64,000 nucleotides of DNA from Camelus dromedarius. Taxonomy: Eukaryota. Below the pieces are notes generated by a model. It was not told the DNA's origin and did no database searches. It saw only the letters and a list, made by a program, of their open reading frames with translations. The position numbers and the translations under genes are program-made. The DNA is taken from the NCBI RefSeq assembly GCF_036321535.1, contig NC_087437.1:105588001-105652000 (forward strand), read 5' to 3'. Positions 25,080-38,216 of this stretch are shown here, in pieces (within the stretch, counting starts at the first letter, position 1; each line of letters opens with the position of its first letter).

Positions 25080-25612
25080 AATCAGACGCTTGAGAATGCT
25101 TTGCTAGGATTACCCCAGCCTGGGTTATTTTGGGTGTAATCCTAGGAAGAGTGGGAGTAGGGAAGTAAGGGAGAGAAGGAAAAGAAGATAAACAGGGCAT
25201 GAAAAAGAGTATGAAAAGGAATATTGTAAACCAATTATACTTCAATTTAATAAAAAGAAGACAAAACAAGTTACCAGGTTGGGCAACTGGAACTCCTTCT
25301 GACTCGGCTGGGAGACTGCATGGGGTCAGCTTGTGGGTTATCCTCCTGAGAAGAGAGGAAAATGGTTATTTATCCTCCAACTTCTTTTCCTTCTTGCCAA
25401 GGACTTGTTCCGAGAGTCTTCAGCTCCTCAGCAACCCTGTCCTTTTTGTGCGTGGAACTTGCTCTTACATCCAGAGAAGACTGGCTTCTCTCTCAGTAAG
25501 AAACCACTGGTGTACATACCCAGAGTGAAACTCAAAAAAAGTCGCAGCCAGGGCACCAAAAGCATCTGTTCTGGGGAACTTTCTCCCCACCTCTCCCCAG
25601 AAGTTCTTCACA
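25080..25612 (-). mobile_element. LTR33-like ERVL LTR carrying a short L1 3'-tail insertion (~25199-25267)
   Basis: gttattttgggtgtaatcctaggaagagtgggagtagggaagtaagggagagaagg ... aagttaccaggttgggcaactggaactc resemble antisense LTR33; the insert contains the L1 terminus ttgtaaaccaattatacttcaattta. Confidence 0.65.
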
Positions 25613-27617
25613 CATAAAGAAATTTCCAAGTAAGGCAAAGTCTCATGAGAAAGTAGGAAAATATTTGATTTTATTATGAAAAGTGTTTAAATTTTTAGAC
25701 GTTTAAAAAAGAAATATATTCTTCATGGACAGTTTACTTTCTATAAACACCAAAATCAAACCTCATAAGTGAATTTTATTTAAAACTTATTTAAAATTTA
25801 GTTTATGAACATTTGTAGCCAAAACTAGGACCACATCCTTCGCTATAAAATGACTAGTACAGGAAAGAATATCTATATCCAAAAGCAAAAATAAAAACTG
25901 AAAATTGATAGCAAATAAAATCATCAACACATATGCAAATGTATTCTAGTGTGCATGCTTATTGTCAAAACAAGTTAAAGAACTTCATTTACCAATATAG
26001 AATCAATATAGCACAAACCTGGATACAGAGAAGACTGAAGACAAGGGATCAACTTGGCATTAACAGACAAAAACTTAATTCCTGTTCTCATCCTCATTAA
26101 CAATGTTTTGGAAAAGCTGTTTCATAAAAACAGGTTTTATCTGAAAAATAGAAAATTTGGTTAATAAATTTCTATTTTCCTGCCTCGAAATATTTGCTGT
26201 TTCTAAGAAGGCTCAATTCAACCCAAATATATTAATGATATTCAACTAGAACTATTTATTAAGCTCTCCTGTGATCAGACAACTTTAAACAAATTTACTC
26301 TATATTCCGTAAAAAAAATGGTTTGGATGAAGAAGATGTTTACCTGGGGGTTTTGCTTTTCAAATATGAACCAAAATATTGCACATTAATTATAATATTT
26401 AGAATTAATTAAAAGTCAGAGAAAATAAATGATCACCCTCTTCTTTGACTCCCTTTAAAAATGTGCCAAATAAGACTAAAACAGTAACTTTGCCTGTAAA
26501 CATCAATTTTAATCAACCCAACATTGACTAAATGGAGTATAACCCAGTGCTTACAGGTGTCACTCACATTGCTCTACTGGCAATGAATTTTCTTTGACAT
26601 TGTGAAATACAGTGAGTTCCTGATCCCCGGTGACCACGGGAGTTAACTTTCTGCATCATGCCTTTAACAATTAATTCAGTACTTTAAAAAAAAGTACTCG
26701 GGTAATTTTCCCAAATCACATTGCCCAAACTAATTGTTCAAGAGACTATTATTGCCCTTGCCTAGAGCAAGATTCAAGCTAATTAACAAGTCTATATGTC
26801 CATGTTGTAAATTGCTATTTTATGTATATGGTGATGATTACAGAAGAGGAGGGAACTTGGATCTCTGCTTGAGGATGTTGGTAGAATTCTGATTCCTTCT
26901 GTTTACCTTATTCTAGAAATGATCTTTCAACATTCTAGGCAAATGCCAGTTCAGCCATAACTTTGAGCTAAAAATTAAGTTATGGTTTATGAGAGGGTTA
27001 AAACTACTATAAACACCCACAAAGGAGCAGGGACATGAGTCAGGAAGTCACTGACTTTGAGTGCATCAAAACTGTGATATATACAGTTAAGAATTGATTG
27101 TAGAAAGTCCAGTTAGAAAAAATAAACAGGGATCAACATATGAAGGAGAGCGTATTAGTTCTCAGTAGCCCTTTCTGCTTGTGGATAAAAGCTTAATGCT
27201 GAAAAAAGAAAGCAATATGCCAACAATTTTATCATTTTCTATGTTTTAACAAAAGTATTTAACAGTTTAGAAATGTCAACTGCATACCAAATTATGTATT
27301 TTTATACATTGACATTAAAGTTTTATTTCAACTGTAGAAACAAAATAAATGATTATTACTTTACTATAAATACCTTGTGGGGAAAAGAAAAATCAAACAA
27401 TTCCAAATGAAATCAGTTTATTTCAAATACAGGTTCTTTGAAGAAAACTGGTTTCGAATTTCCCATTGGAAACTGAAAACTTACTCTCCTATAGAATTTC
27501 TGATGTATGTACACAAAAACATTGTACATGTTTTCAAGTATAATTTTGTCTTGCCAGTACCTTCTCAGTGTGTCTTAGAATAAATCATGGGTCTCAATTC
27601 CAGCAGAAGCCACAAAT

Positions 27618-28208
27618 TGTAAGCAGCTCTTTGCAGGAAACTGCCCTCAGCAGGAAACCCCTTTTCTTGTCACCTTAGCAAAGCTGTATTGTAACTAACC
27701 TTAAACCAGGCATCCTCGTGCTCAACTCGTCCCCGGCCCAAGCACATCCTTCAGATCTTAAAATCACACAATACTTTGCCTAACCTGTTGATACTTTCTG
27801 TAGGTCAAAGAAGTAAAAATGAAGAGTAGGTAATTAACTGACGACCAGATCTCTTCCCTATCTTCCCCTTCAGTAATCTCATAAACAGACTGCATGAACA
27901 AGGTAACATCTCAAGAAAGACCACAAGGAGTTGACAATTCTGCACACAGTGGGAGATTGAGTGGGAGTTTGAGTTTGATCCCGTACCTCAATGATTAACT
28001 GAGATTACTCACCCTCTTCGAAAACTTTCATGGCTGAGCAGAATCTTTGAAGTTCATTTTTGGCAGGACATGAATCCGACTTCTCCCCAGATTGACAGCA
28101 TTCTGATTAAAAGCAATTTTCCTTTCTACCAACAATTGCTTTTTTGATGTTTTGATTGACAGGTATAGATTTTTGAGTGGTGAGAAGCCAGACCTGAGTT
28201 CGGTAACA
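27618..28208 (+). mobile_element. ERV1-type solo LTR, complete (591 bp)
   Basis: tgtaagcagc...gagttcggtaaca termini, perfect TSD AAAT on both sides, ATTAAA at ~28106. Confidence 0.88.
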
Positions 28209-28212
28209 AAAT

Positions 28213-28600
28213 GACACTGAAGTCAAGGGAGAAAATTATACTGTATGTGATATATGACCCCATTGGATGGTCACACATAAGGAGGAAGAACAGCCAATAT
28301 TTGAAGAGCAGTCGTTATTTAAGATATGAATTACTGAGATCCACAACTCCTCAAGGCAGATGGTTCACTAGAACCCTATAAAATTCTTTTGCTGTGTATG
28401 CCTCTGTCAAAACAAAGATTGTGATCCTCAAGATTGTAGGAGAACACACTTATGGCACCCCTGCATCACAGCCACTGAAGTTCAGATGGATCTTTGAACC
28501 CAATAAAGCAAACATCGTGGTGAGTGAGGTTCCTAACTGTGACCAAGCTGATTTGATGTTCTCTGGAGAAAGAACCTTAGAAATATAAGTGGATTAAGGA
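28213..28600 (+). mobile_element. Possible older LTR remnant next to (or hosting) the 27.6 kb LTR
   Basis: TATAAAA at 28377-28383 followed by AATAAA at 28502-28507 in LTR-like spacing; family not recognised. Confidence 0.3.
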
Positions 28601-28698
28601 ACCCCATACACCAAATTATATCAACTAAATGGAGGTGGAGTGGGGGAGGAAGGGAGAGGAGGGAGGGAGAGAGGGAGGAAAGAAAGATGGTAGGAAAA

Positions 28699-28957
28699 GA
28701 ATAGAAAACATAAACAGACTAATTACCAGTAATGAAATTGAATCAATAATTAAAAAAAAAACTCACAACAAACAAAAGTCCAAGATCAGATGGCTTCACA
28801 GATGAATTCTACCAAACTTTTAGAGAAATGTTAACACATATCTTGCTCAAATTATTCCAAAAAATTGCAGAGAAAGTAATGCTTTCAAAAGTATTCTACA
28901 CGGCTAACACCACCCTGATACCAAACCAGAAGAGTTCACCAAAAAAAAAAAAAAAAA
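28699..28957 (+). mobile_element. L1 ORF2 internal fragment ending in a 17-nt A run
   Basis: Encodes IENINRLITSNEIESII / KSPRSDGFTDEFYQTFREMLTHILLKLFQKIAE (includes ORF 28828-29013), resembling the L1 ORF2 motif KSPGPDGFTGEFYQTF. Confidence 0.9.
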
Positions 28958-29168
28958 CCTCTGAAAGTTCAATTTCATTATCCTTTGTCCTCAAGGAAGG
29001 TCTCTATCCTTGATAACTGAATGTAGTTTAATGTTTTAGAGATGAAAGGTGTTAGAGAGACACTGTCCTGCACTTTCTTGTCTTCCTGTCTTTAATCTGT
29101 CTCACAAAATTCCTTCATGAAAAACTGTGTAAGTCAATAACTAGCAAATTTACTTAAATTTTGAAGAT

Positions 29169-29176
29169 TGTATATA

Positions 29177-29217
<41 letters not shown>

Positions 29218-29218
29218 A
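29169..29218. repeat. Compound (TA)n(TG)n(TA)n microsatellite
   Basis: Seen directly. Confidence 0.9.
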
Positions 29219-30273
29219 CATTACAATCATGTACATTACCATCATATACGTATACATGCATGCCATTTTCGTTAGGTAACTGCAAAACTTCAGAACAATC
29301 TAAAGTTAAAATTCTGTGGTTTATTTACCTATACATTTATCTGCAGGCTTCATCCCCAAAAAGAATCAAAGTAGCTGAATATATGCCCCATACAAATATA
29401 AGTATCTTTAATACTTCTCTGAACATTCAACAGATTTTACTTACCTTTTATAATCAAGCAAAATTCTATAAAAGGAAACTCATTTTCCTTTGTATTACAA
29501 CTTGATTAAGCTTCTTATTTACATTGTGACTAGACAAATCTACAGAATATGTTACGAAGGTCTTCTAAATTCCACTGAGCAAATTAAATTAATTGACAAG
29601 AGTTGGCTGGGTATTTATGAAGTATTATGAAGAACTTCACTGTTATTACCTATTTTAAGATAATTGCTGAGAACTAGACATTTATCCCTTGTTAAATTAA
29701 CAGATTCAATTGAGAAATCATAGTTAATAAAATAGTCACCCACATGGTTATACTCTGTAATTACGATAAAAGACACTGTTACTAACATTGGAAAAAACCA
29801 CCAGTAAGAACTAGCTAAATCAGAGCTCCCTCGTTGTGGGAGGAGAACATTTTTTTCAATTTTTCAAGTAATGCTCTAAGAAATACATTTATTCAGTTTT
29901 TACCACTTGAGTAATATTACATTTTTATGATGAACTGAAGTGTACCATTTCAATTTTCCAAGTTGATAATTAATAAGCATATTCTCCCCTGTGATGAAAA
30001 ACATTTTGAATATTCTAATTCTCGTAACTTTAAGGATATAGTTTCCTATTAATCTTATCATTCTGTATGACTCATTAATATGTCTCAAGAAATTGAAAAA
30101 AATCAGTCTACCTTTATATTGTTATTCAGGAAATGATACAAATTGGATGCTAATACTGAAAGGTTAAAGAATGGATCTCAAATATTTTAGACACCAACAA
30201 CATATCCTAAGTGATCTGCAGTAAAATACACTTTCTGAAATCAAATATTTTTATGGAGTAATTGCTTGCCACT

Positions 30274-30672
30274 TACTTTGGACTAAATGTTTGGGTCTTC
30301 CCAAAATCCATATATTGAAGCCCTGATCCCTTACATGATGGTATGTAGAGGTGGTGGGTTTTGGGAGGTAATGAGGTTTAGATGAGGTCCTTAGGGAGGA
30401 GCCCCCATTATGGGTTTGGTACGTTTATAAGATGAAGAGACCAGAGCTTGCTCGCTCTCTCTCCATGTGAGGAATCAGCAAGGAGGCAGCGACCTGTAAA
30501 CCAGGAAGAAGCTCCTCCCCACAAATCTGACCGTGCAGGCCTCTCAGCATGCTGACCGTGAGGCTGATCTCAGACTTCCAGCCCCCAGAACCATGAGAAA
30601 TAAATGTCTGTTGTTTAAGCCACCCAGTCTCTGGTATTCTGTTAAAGCAGGATCCCGGAACTGGCTAATACA
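30274..30672 (+). mobile_element. MLT1A/MLT1A0 MaLR solo LTR
   Basis: Collinear with the recalled consensus: ggactaaatgtttg...ttagatgaggtc...cagacttccagcccccagaaccatgagaaataaatgtctgttgtttaagccacccagtc...ctaataca. Confidence 0.9.
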
Positions 30673-30774
30673 ATACTCATTTATAAACATCTCATTTGAG
30701 GCTAATTCGCAAACTTTTGTTTCTGGTTGCCTGATGCTGTATCTTGATTACCTAGAATCCATTACAAAACCAGT

Positions 30775-30850
30775 ATAATGAATTAGTACATGTAAATTTT
30801 TTCTTCACAGAGCCTGACATATCATAAGTACTCAATAAATATCAGCTATT
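30775..30850 (+). mobile_element. MIR 3' end
   Basis: acagagcctgacatatcataagtactcaataaatatcagctatt. Confidence 0.65.
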
Positions 30851-31320
30851 GGGTTAAGGGTGAATCCAATACTATGAATAGAGAAGAAGAGAGAAAGAAC
30901 TTAGGTCTTATCTGTACTCTTGATAATGTTCTTAAAAAGACGTGGACACTTATCCAGTCAAAGAGGAATTTGCAGCTACGGATCAATAGTAACCTGTCAA
31001 CTGCTTGAAACTATGTATCACCACAGGGTGACATGTAGGCTGACATCCAGGCTCCTGTTGTGTAGAGTCTGGAGTTTGATCAGTGTTACCTTTGTTTTTC
31101 TTTGCCACATAGCACAAGTTTTGACAACTGGTCTACTGCTGGTCCAGAGCCTTGGTCACTATGACTATCTGAGGGAGACTGATGATACTCTGTCAGCACT
31201 TATACAGTTAGAGTGTTTCCTGAAACACACATTTTGGTGCCTGCTTGTTCTGTGTCCCATGTTGCCATCCCACAAGTCATGGGTCACCACCAGGTGCCTT
31301 GAATCAACTTGATGTAATCT

Positions 31321-31541
31321 AGTGGTTCTCAACCATGGATGCTTTTGCTCCTTCAGGAAATAATATGTGAATGTCTGGAAACCCTTTGGTTGTCACAACT
31401 GGGGCAAGGGTTTGCCACTGGCTCTAGTGGGTGGAGACCAACCAAGGATGTTATTAACTATGTAATACACAATACAGCGCTCCAAAGCAAACAGTTAATC
31501 TAGACCAATCTGTCAACAGCACTGAGGTTGAGGAATTCCTG
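31321..31541 (+). mobile_element. MER20 (hAT-Charlie), full length
   Basis: agtggttctcaacc...tggttgtcacaactgggg...tagtgggtggagacca...tgtcaacagcactgaggttgaggaattcctg; ~220 bp as expected. Confidence 0.9.
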
Positions 31542-33289
31542 TTTAAAATGTTGTAGACCAGAAGCCAAACCTCCAGGCACCAGACAGCATTCCTTTTCAA
31601 TCATGACACCACCAAGGGTCTGATTAAGTAAACTCCATCTCCCAGTTGTCTGAAATATCTAAGCTCTTTCATTAGTATAGCTAACTTGACACCCACACAC
31701 ATCTCCAATTATTCATGGAGGGCAACAGTTGTTATTATTGAAAGATTAGTTCCTTAATGAGCTAACAATGATTGAAGAAGCCATCTGGAAACTTTCTCAC
31801 CAGAACAGAAAAAAATAGAACAAAATATTTATGCTGAGAGTACCACTGGAAGCAAGGGAAGAATAAAGTTAGCTGCAAAATAAGAATGCAAATCAAAGAC
31901 TTGAAAAGTACATCAGAAGAGGTTCACGTAGGTTTACATAACCTAATTTCGAATTTCGAATTGATTAAAATGAGAGTGTTTTAGTCGCATTGTGATGTTA
32001 TAATCTTCTAATATTGACTCAGCAATTTCAATACATTGCAGAAGCTGTTTTAAAATTTGCTTTTAATAAAACCCTTGTCTCAGCATCGTAACAATGACTA
32101 TCACTGATAATAATAATTAGCTACCTTTAATATTGTAACAAGCCGTACATCAATATTCTTAAGCCCCTATCAACTGGCAAGTAAACAAAACACATGAACC
32201 TCTGTACCCTATGCCTTGTGAATGCTAAAATTCTCTCTCCTTCCTCACCATAAGCAAACAGCAAATGCACCCTGTGGATCTGAGATGCTGTGGGTGAGAG
32301 GGCTTTCTGTCATTGCTTCTAAAGAACAGCTCTTGATTCTGAGAATGTGGAACTTAAATCAGCCCACAGGAAAGAAAACATGTCCCTGCCTTCCAAATGA
32401 GCCTTTGAGAATATCCATTGGCACAGAGTTTGAAAAGGTCATTGATTTAGAAGACCCACTCTCTACATTCCAAGGTTTAAATTCTGGTTACACGACTTAG
32501 TTATCTGTACAATATTAAAGAACAGATTTAAAATGGTAGACAGTTTTAAATTATCTTTGAATAATTTATGTAAACATAAAACTTGGAGATCATTTTATAA
32601 CAATTAATGTATTTCAGTGTTATTGCACAAAAGAGTCTTTAATTTCAATATTTAATTTAATTTATATTAGATGTTAAGTGTTGCACGATGAAAGCTCACA
32701 TTAAGTAGTTGATGAATCAATAAATGAATGAAGGTGGTACAATATAGCAAAGCTTGGCAATACTCTGATTCTCTAAATGAAGCACTGTTTCTTATTCCAT
32801 GCTTTTTAAGCAATAGAGAGAAACATCATAAAAAGAAGGAATCCTTAAGCCCCCTGTCCACACTTAGAAAATATCTGGGTCTATTTTGGAAGTCTGAGGC
32901 TAAACAGGCCCTCTAGAATGAATCACTGAAGTGGATGGGATGCTCTGGCCATTCTCACACTCTAATTAGACACACATACACACACACACAATTAGATTTT
33001 CTAGCTGCAACTTACTCTATCTAGGAAAGTTGAAAGCCCTGTTAGAGTTGACAGTTACTCATGGCTCCAAAATATGGGGAGACATTTATTATCTAATACC
33101 TAGTATTTATGTTGGCCATTTTAATAAAACAATAGGAACCATGACATAGACTTAAGAATCCGTGTTGCTATAAACTGGGAGAACCAAAGCCGGATCACAT
33201 CTGACATATGAAGTAACTTCCTGACGATCACAGTTTATTGTACAATAATATATGTCTGTAGTTTACTTCTTATAATCCAATTGTAATGG

Positions 33290-33972
33290 GCACCTTTTAA
33301 GACTATCTTCCAGAACCCCTTCTCTTTAACATGGGAACTACCTCCCAGTTTCCACTCCATCCTTCAGCCTCACTACCACCGTGGGAGCTGACATGTTGTT
33401 AAGGGACTGAACACAATTGCTCTTATAATACGCAACCAATCCAAATTACACCACTACCTCCTTCGTACAGTTAATTTGTCAGAGACGAATATCTAATCCA
33501 TGTGACGCTAACCCATCCTCTCCCTGGTTTGGCGGCAGAGGGGACACTGTGATCGTCTTTCTTTGATGGTATAAACCGTGAATTGTAAAACTTGAGCACC
33601 ACCTATGACCAACCACATGACCCTGTTGCCTGCCTTGTAGTGGAAGCTACTGTGTACTGGGATGAAAGGAAGCAAATGTTCTGAGGGAAATATGGCCAGA
33701 TATTGAGCGATTTCTGACTTGCACTTTGGCAAGTGATTGCACCTTCATTCATTCAGTTATTCATCCACCAATTACCTAATATGAGTTTTCTCTACCATCA
33801 TCATGTCAGTACCCAGTTGCCATTTTCCTTATTACTCACCTGCATCATTCCTCTTTCTGACATTTTGTTGCTAAATTCCTCCTTGAATTCTAAAATCTAG
33901 TATAAATTTCCCTTTTGGCTTAATTCAGTTTTAGTAAGTATTTATCTGCAAACAAAATAGCCTATGTAATAT
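33290..33972 (+). mobile_element. Old MLT1-type LTR (degenerate)
   Basis: 3' end aaatttcccttttggcttaattcagttttagtaagtatttatctgcaaacaaaatagcctatgtaata resembles the MLT1 terminus; 5' part is weakly similar. Confidence 0.45.
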
Positions 33973-35033
33973 AACTTCTAGATTAGATTGTTTTATTTCA
34001 ATGTTTCCTTGTAAGAAAATTTAACCATCTCTTTGAAAATAACTAAATGTCTGAATTTCCTGTTTCAATGCTATCTAATCAAATATTTCATTTTTTAAGT
34101 CAAATTTATTTCCACTGTCCACTCGACTTAACTCAGCATGTAACTTTTCCTTTGACACAGGTACTCTCTAGCAGTCAAGTCTTTCAACTTTCCTGAAGCA
34201 AACTGAAATTGGGGCTAACATGTAAGACTGAATAGAAATGTCCTGTTTCTTGAACTATGGATAAAAGCTGAACCTAAGTATGTTTCCTGTGTAGAGTTAT
34301 CTGAAGAAGTGAGTGGTGATATAAAATATTAAGAACATAGATGAGGAGAAGGATATGACAGACAACAACATTGAGAACATTAACTTCACCTAATTGAAGA
34401 TTCCACTAGAGTCTGTAGGAAAGTTTGCTTTAAGTAGGGGAGATAGTGCTGTCTCTGTTTCCACTGTCTTACTTGGGTTTTCCCAAGTGGGGAGAGGAGG
34501 CTAATGACCAATTAGCTATTAGAGTATTATTGGAAGACATTCAACACTGAATGGCCTCACAAAGCTCTAAACACAGTGTGCTAATCTGTACTCATCCTCT
34601 CTCACTTCCAGCTTCCAAGAGCATAAAGACTCTTGAACTGATGCTTTCCACAGAATAAGCGGTTTTGAAAAGGCTTGCTTTGTGGCCCTGTGCCTTCTGC
34701 TTGGCTCTCTTTGCCATTGGCTATGTCAGTACTTCCCCTTTTGCTTCTTGTAACTGGGTGGATGAGGCAGATGCCCTCCATCATTCTGCTGGTTGTGTCA
34801 ACAACCTCTGGCCTCTCTTTTGTGTTCTCTCTCCTTGACATGCCAGAGTTTAAACTCTAAAATTTTCAAGTAGGAGACGATATAATTCAAAAAGCATTTT
34901 CCAAACTACCGTTCATCAGACAGTTTTGTCTGAAGGCTTAGGATGCTTGTACAAACACATACAGCTTTTAAAAAATCTCATTTGACTATAAATACTCCAT
35001 CATTCAAATCCACAATGGAGTCGAATTTACATG

Positions 35034-35491
35034 TGTTGACAAATTTAATCTATAAACAATCTATAGGAGAAATAGAAAAGAGTTTTATTTGAGCCAAACT
35101 GAAACTACAGCCTGGAAGACAACCTCTCGGATAACCCTAAGAAAGTGCCCCTGAGAAGCATAGTTTTATATCTTGTCAGAACAAAGAACATCAAACAAGT
35201 CAGGGATACATTCCTTCAAGGTTTAAAAAAAGAAGAAAAAAAAAAAGATCAGCATGTGCACAGCACGTCAGTATGGCCTTGGCACCCGGGAAGGGAGTCT
35301 TATTATCGAAGGAGTACCAGTGCTGTGTCCTAGGCTCAATGTGCCCTTCTCTTTAATAATTGAAGCAGATGTACCATGCATGTTTGATAGACCACAAACA
35401 GGCTGTTTGAGTTAGCATAAAATTCAAGGTTACTTGTGTATAAGCCAGAATGACTTCCTCATACCTCAATATGTGACAATTTCTTCCATCA
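35034..35491 (-). mobile_element. ERV1-type solo LTR, complete (458 bp)
   Basis: Minus strand tgatggaag...tttgtcaaca; perfect TSD CATG (35030-35033 and 35492-35495); minus-strand AATAAA at ~35084-35089. Confidence 0.88.
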
Positions 35492-36384
35492 CATGGCATA
35501 TCAATCTCCTTACGCTGCCTAGTATCAGAGCTCTGGTCTCTTGTTTTACATGTTTCAAATGTATATCACAGGACAGTCTCCTTAACCTAAACTTTTAACA
35601 GAATGTAACTCATTTGGTCATATTGGTAAGGTGTGACTACCCCCATAGATTTGGGGCAAATTTGAGCTGATAGCAGAGTGACCCTCCTAATTAGTCTAGG
35701 AATGAAAGCGTTGTGCAGAAAAAGATAGAGAAGGCATATTACCAGCTGAATAATCCTTGCAGAGATCACTGAGGACATCTCAGAGAATTCAGAGCTCCTG
35801 ACCTTTTTCAAAAAAGCTCCTGATCTTTAAAAAAAAAAAAAAATCAGAGACTTACAAAACCTGTGAATGTAAAACTGAGCCACATATTTATAATTTTAAG
35901 GGAAAGAAGAACTTCATAACATGGCAGATTATCAAGCTGACCTCTGCCAGAGTCTGTGGGTCACAACTGTGGTTATTTATGCCAGATAAGAAGTGAACTG
36001 ACTGGCCTAATGAGAGAGACCACCCAGAGCCCTGTTTCCAAGTCCAGATGCTGGTGGCATGCCTAGCATCTGACCAGAACAGAAGGTCAAATGTGCTCCT
36101 ATGTACTCAGTTACTGTAAAATTAAGTTCGGGGGTGCATGTTAATTTAACTAAGAGCAACGTAAGCGAAAGTGGGGGGCTCCGATGTGCAGCGCCCCAGG
36201 GATCTGTGCAGGAACAGAGTATTTCTCACTACCTGGCGCAGGATCAACTTTAAGTACCATTGAAAATAATATCAATTTATGGTCTAACCTTACACCCCAC
36301 AAAACATTTAATTCCATATAGAGTTAATCCTAAAAGAAAAATAAGTTTTTCTATGTCTGTGAATATATATATATATATGTTTTT

Positions 36385-36650
36385 TTTAACCAGGAGAAGA
36401 AGAGGAGGGTGGAGGAATAAATTGAGAGTTAAAAATCTAAAGATACTAACTACTGTATATAAAATAGATAAACAATAAGGTCCTACTATATAGCACAGGG
36501 AACTATTCAATATCTTGTAATAGCCTATAATGAATAAAATATGAAAAGGAATATATTATGTATGTATCACTGAACCACTAGAAATTAACACAACATTGTA
36601 AACCAACTATACTTCAATTTAAACAAAAAATAAATTGAAAAAACAAAAAG
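36385..36650 (+). mobile_element. Cetartiodactyl-type L1 3' UTR with A-rich tail
   Basis: tatataaaatagataaacaataaggtcctactatatagcacagggaactattcaatatcttgtaatagcctataatg...ttgtaaaccaactatacttcaattt. Confidence 0.88.
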
Positions 36651-38143
36651 GAAAACATGATAATCTAATCAGAACTGGAAAAGTCACTCAGATATTAAAA
36701 ATCATTTTAAAAAAATCAAAAAATAAAAATAAATAAAATAAAAATAAACCAAAGCATTAAAGTCACATGAAAATATAAAATATGTCTCTTATTCTGAAAT
36801 ATAAAAGATGTTTGAAAGTTAAATACCCTAGGGAAAAAAATTACAGGAGAAAAACTGACAGACTCGATAGTCAACTGGTGTTTTTTCCATACTCTCATTT
36901 TAGCCATGGAGAAATTGATGTCAGAGGCATGTTCAGAATTCTCTGACTGCTGGAGACAGAATTAAGATGAACATTTTGAGAGATTCATTAAAAGTGCTCC
37001 TGCAGCAATTATTCAACTTAGCAGCAGGAAGAAGCCCCAGCCCTGCCGCCTGAAATCCTTCCTCCTGGCTGCCACTCGGCGGAACCGCAGACAGGAGCAT
37101 GACCCTCGATACAGCGCGTCCCAGTGAGTCCCTGAGTGAAACATATTGGCCAACAACACAACCTAGAACCTTTACGACAGCTGCGCTATCTTATGTCAGC
37201 TCCCTCATAAAAGGAATTAATTTTCACACGGAGGAGGTGGAATTTGTGACAAAATCAATGTTACTAATTATTCAATGAGTAGTGCCGAGGTGAATTGCGG
37301 AAGACCGGGAGTCAGATATGTTTATCCTCAGGCAACACTGGTAATTAAATTTCTTTTTATAATTAAATTCAGTTTTTATTTACAGAGCAAACCATTCAGA
37401 AGAGTAAAACAGAAAAACTCTTCAGCCTGACGGTAAAAAGAGCAGACCTAAGTTTCCATTAAACAGGTTTCTGAGGAGGAGGAAAAACGCTTCATCTTTC
37501 TATTTTCCTAATTTTAGAGATCCCGAGGTCAAACCCTCTGGAAAGCAACTATCTTCATGTCTCAGTTCTGATGTTCTCTCTCTTTGATGATAAACTTACT
37601 GCAGGCAATCTAGAAGTGTGTTGAAACACACAGCACTAAAACAATAATAAATTTCCTACTCATTTTATCTCAAGCTAAGTCTTACATCCTGTAGTTATCA
37701 ATGAATGAATGTGTGCACAAGTATGTATTCCTGCATACGTTCGGGCCATGCCATCATAGTAGAATTCACATATGTAGAATTCACAGGTTACTCTTGTCTA
37801 ATTATCTTGTGCTTGGGCTATCGCCAGGTGTACTTAGGGAATTCTTACCTGCTCTCTAGCACATACGTGCGCCTGACATACGCACAGGCACGTCTGAGCG
37901 ACACCTTGACACTGGCTGTTGTAAATGTCTCTTAAATACCGCTATAGTTTTATAATCTCGTTTTCAATTTAACCAGCCTCAAAATGTTATTCTCGGGTAA
38001 AAAACAAACAAAACACACATTTCTATTATTTTCCTTTAATGCTGGCATTAAAGTTTTTGTTTTTTATGAATAAAATTATTCTATTTCTTAGAATAATTAC
38101 ATGCAATGTTTATTCTTCATCACTATAACGTCACTGTACCTCT

Positions 38144-38216
38144 TATGTATATATGTATGTACGTATATGTGTGTGTGTGTATATATATATATATATCTTC
38201 ATATGTGTGCATATAT
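38144..38216. repeat. Compound (TA)/(TG) microsatellite
   Basis: Seen directly. Confidence 0.85.

Noticed and set aside
30920..31312. Longest ORF (130 aa) as a gene or processed pseudogene
   Set aside because: Non-ATG start, no recognisable homology, no poly(A) or TSD.
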